From contig JAPLCN010000121.1 in the NCBI GenBank assembly GCA_026392215.1, positions 1 through 57,171 on the forward strand: DNA of 57,171 bases. Direction: 5' to 3'. The position numbers and the translations under genes are program-made. Shown piece by piece: positions 56,242 through 57,171 of the stretch. The notes under the pieces are model-generated. The model saw only the letters and a program-made list of their open reading frames with translations, did no database searches and was not told the origin of the DNA. Origin of the DNA: Actinomycetota bacterium (GTDB taxonomy: Bacteria; Actinomycetota; Humimicrobiia; Humimicrobiales; Humimicrobiaceae). Numbering within the stretch: position 1 is the stretch's first letter; every line of letters begins with the position of its first letter.

Positions 56242-57171
56242 ATGACAAAGTTAAAAGATGTAGCCGAAAAAGCTGAAGTATCTCTTGCAACTGCTTCTCT
56301 TGCATTAAATAACAGTGATCTTGTCAGTAAAAAAACCAGGCAAAAAGTTAAGGAATGGGCAAAAAAGCTGGAATACCATCCTAATATTTATGCTCAAAAG
56401 CTTGCACGGCAGAAAAGCTACAATATAAGCATAATGATTAATTCCGACTATTTCTTCCAATCCCCCAAATTATACTATTTAAGAATAATAAGCGGTATTA
56501 TCCGGGAAGCAGGAAACACTGAATATACAATAAGTTTTTCTTTTTTCAGCGAGAACGAAAAAGAAAAAAACATTATTCAAATCAGCAAATTAAATACTGC
56601 CAGCGTAGATGGAATACTGGTTCTTGATATAATTAGCAGGGATACTCTTGACTTGCTTAGAAACGGCAAAAATATCCCAATAGTTTTGATTGATAACCAT
56701 AAAAATTATGATGATATGTTTGGCGTTGACAATGATGATTTTGGCGGGGCTTACAAAGCTGTAGAATATTTTATTAAAAATGGGCATACAAAAATAGGTT
56801 ATATTGGTACACCTGATTCACACCCGCTTGGTTTTCAGAGCTGGAGTGGACTGAAAAAAGCTCTTTCTGATAATAATATTGAAGAATGCTGTGTATATAA
56901 AAAATGCAATTTTGATATAAAAAGCGGCAAAAAAGCTATGAGCTTTATTTTAAATGATTATGATAAAAGTAATTTTCCCACTGCTTTTTTCTGTTTAAAT
57001 GACTATATTGCAATTGGAGCAATAGAGGAATTAAAAAAGAAAGGATTCAGAGTTCCCGAAAATATTTCCATAATCGGAATGGATGACATGGAAATATCAA
57101 CCGAAATTGAACCTCCACTTTCAACTATAAGAATAAAAATGGAAGATATGGGAGTAATCGGGGTTAGAAAA
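56242..57171 (+). CDS. LacI-family transcriptional regulator (third copy). 5' part only; it runs off the window end.
   Basis: ATG 56242 is followed by 310 open codons to the window edge. HTH MTKLKDVAEKAEVSLATASLALNNSDLVSKKTRQKV and core FCLNDYIAIGA, IIGMDD. It is missing from the ORF track because it has no stop in the window. Confidence 0.85.
   Translation, partial: MTKLKDVAEKAEVSLATASLALNNSDLVSKKTRQKVKEWAKKLEYHPNIYAQKLARQKSYNISIMINSDYFFQSPKLYYLRIISGIIREAGNTEYTISFSFFSENEKEKNIIQISKLNTASVDGILVLDIISRDTLDLLRNGKNIPIVLIDNHKNYDDMFGVDNDDFGGAYKAVEYFIKNGHTKIGYIGTPDSHPLGFQSWSGLKKALSDNNIEECCVYKKCNFDIKSGKKAMSFILNDYDKSNFPTAFFCLNDYIAIGAIEELKKKGFRVPENISIIGMDDMEISTEIEPPLSTIRIKMEDMGVIGVRK

Overview
AT-rich (about 30% GC by eye) bacterial chromosomal window. 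It starts in the origin-proximal block: DUF721 tail, gyrB, gyrA, a DUF3566-like membrane protein, and free-standing tRNA-Ile(GAT) and tRNA-Ala(UGC). It then runs through about 40 kb of carbohydrate and organic-acid catabolic modules and a complete trp operon. Every credible gene (about 55 CDS and 2 tRNAs) is on the + strand. All minus-strand ORFs in the track look like antisense shadows.

Modules in order:
1. A tetronate-type (DUF1537 kinase / PdxA2 / class II aldolase) cluster with a LacI regulator.
2. A CUT2 (ribose-type) ABC transporter plus a UroD-like / FucI-like gene pair.
3. A second LacI regulon: FeS aldo-keto reductase, PMI-like cupin, TIM-barrel isomerase, araB, araD and an MtaA-like zinc methyltransferase.
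4. A VapBC toxin-antitoxin pair.
5. A second FucI-like / UroD-like pair, a CUT1 sugar ABC transporter, two coupled UroD-like genes, a corrinoid protein, a non-Pyl MttB-family methyltransferase and a ROK regulator.
6. A ParA-like ATPase, a bactofilin and a TlpA-like thiol-disulfide oxidoreductase.
7. trpE-D-C-F-B-A-G, with a terminator-type leader and a trpF that is split at an A-rich slippery site.
8. A decayed patch: permease tail remnant, creatininase-family gene, frameshifted DUF6788-like remnant.
9. A third LacI gene running off the 3' end.

The most interesting candidate for something undescribed is the corrinoid methyltransferase machinery (MttB, B12-binding protein and five UroD-superfamily paralogs). 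It is wired into sugar transport, isomerase and kinase genes rather than quaternary-amine transport genes. No CRISPR array, rRNA, transposase or recognisable defence genes were seen. All family assignments come from motif reading and recall, not from searches.
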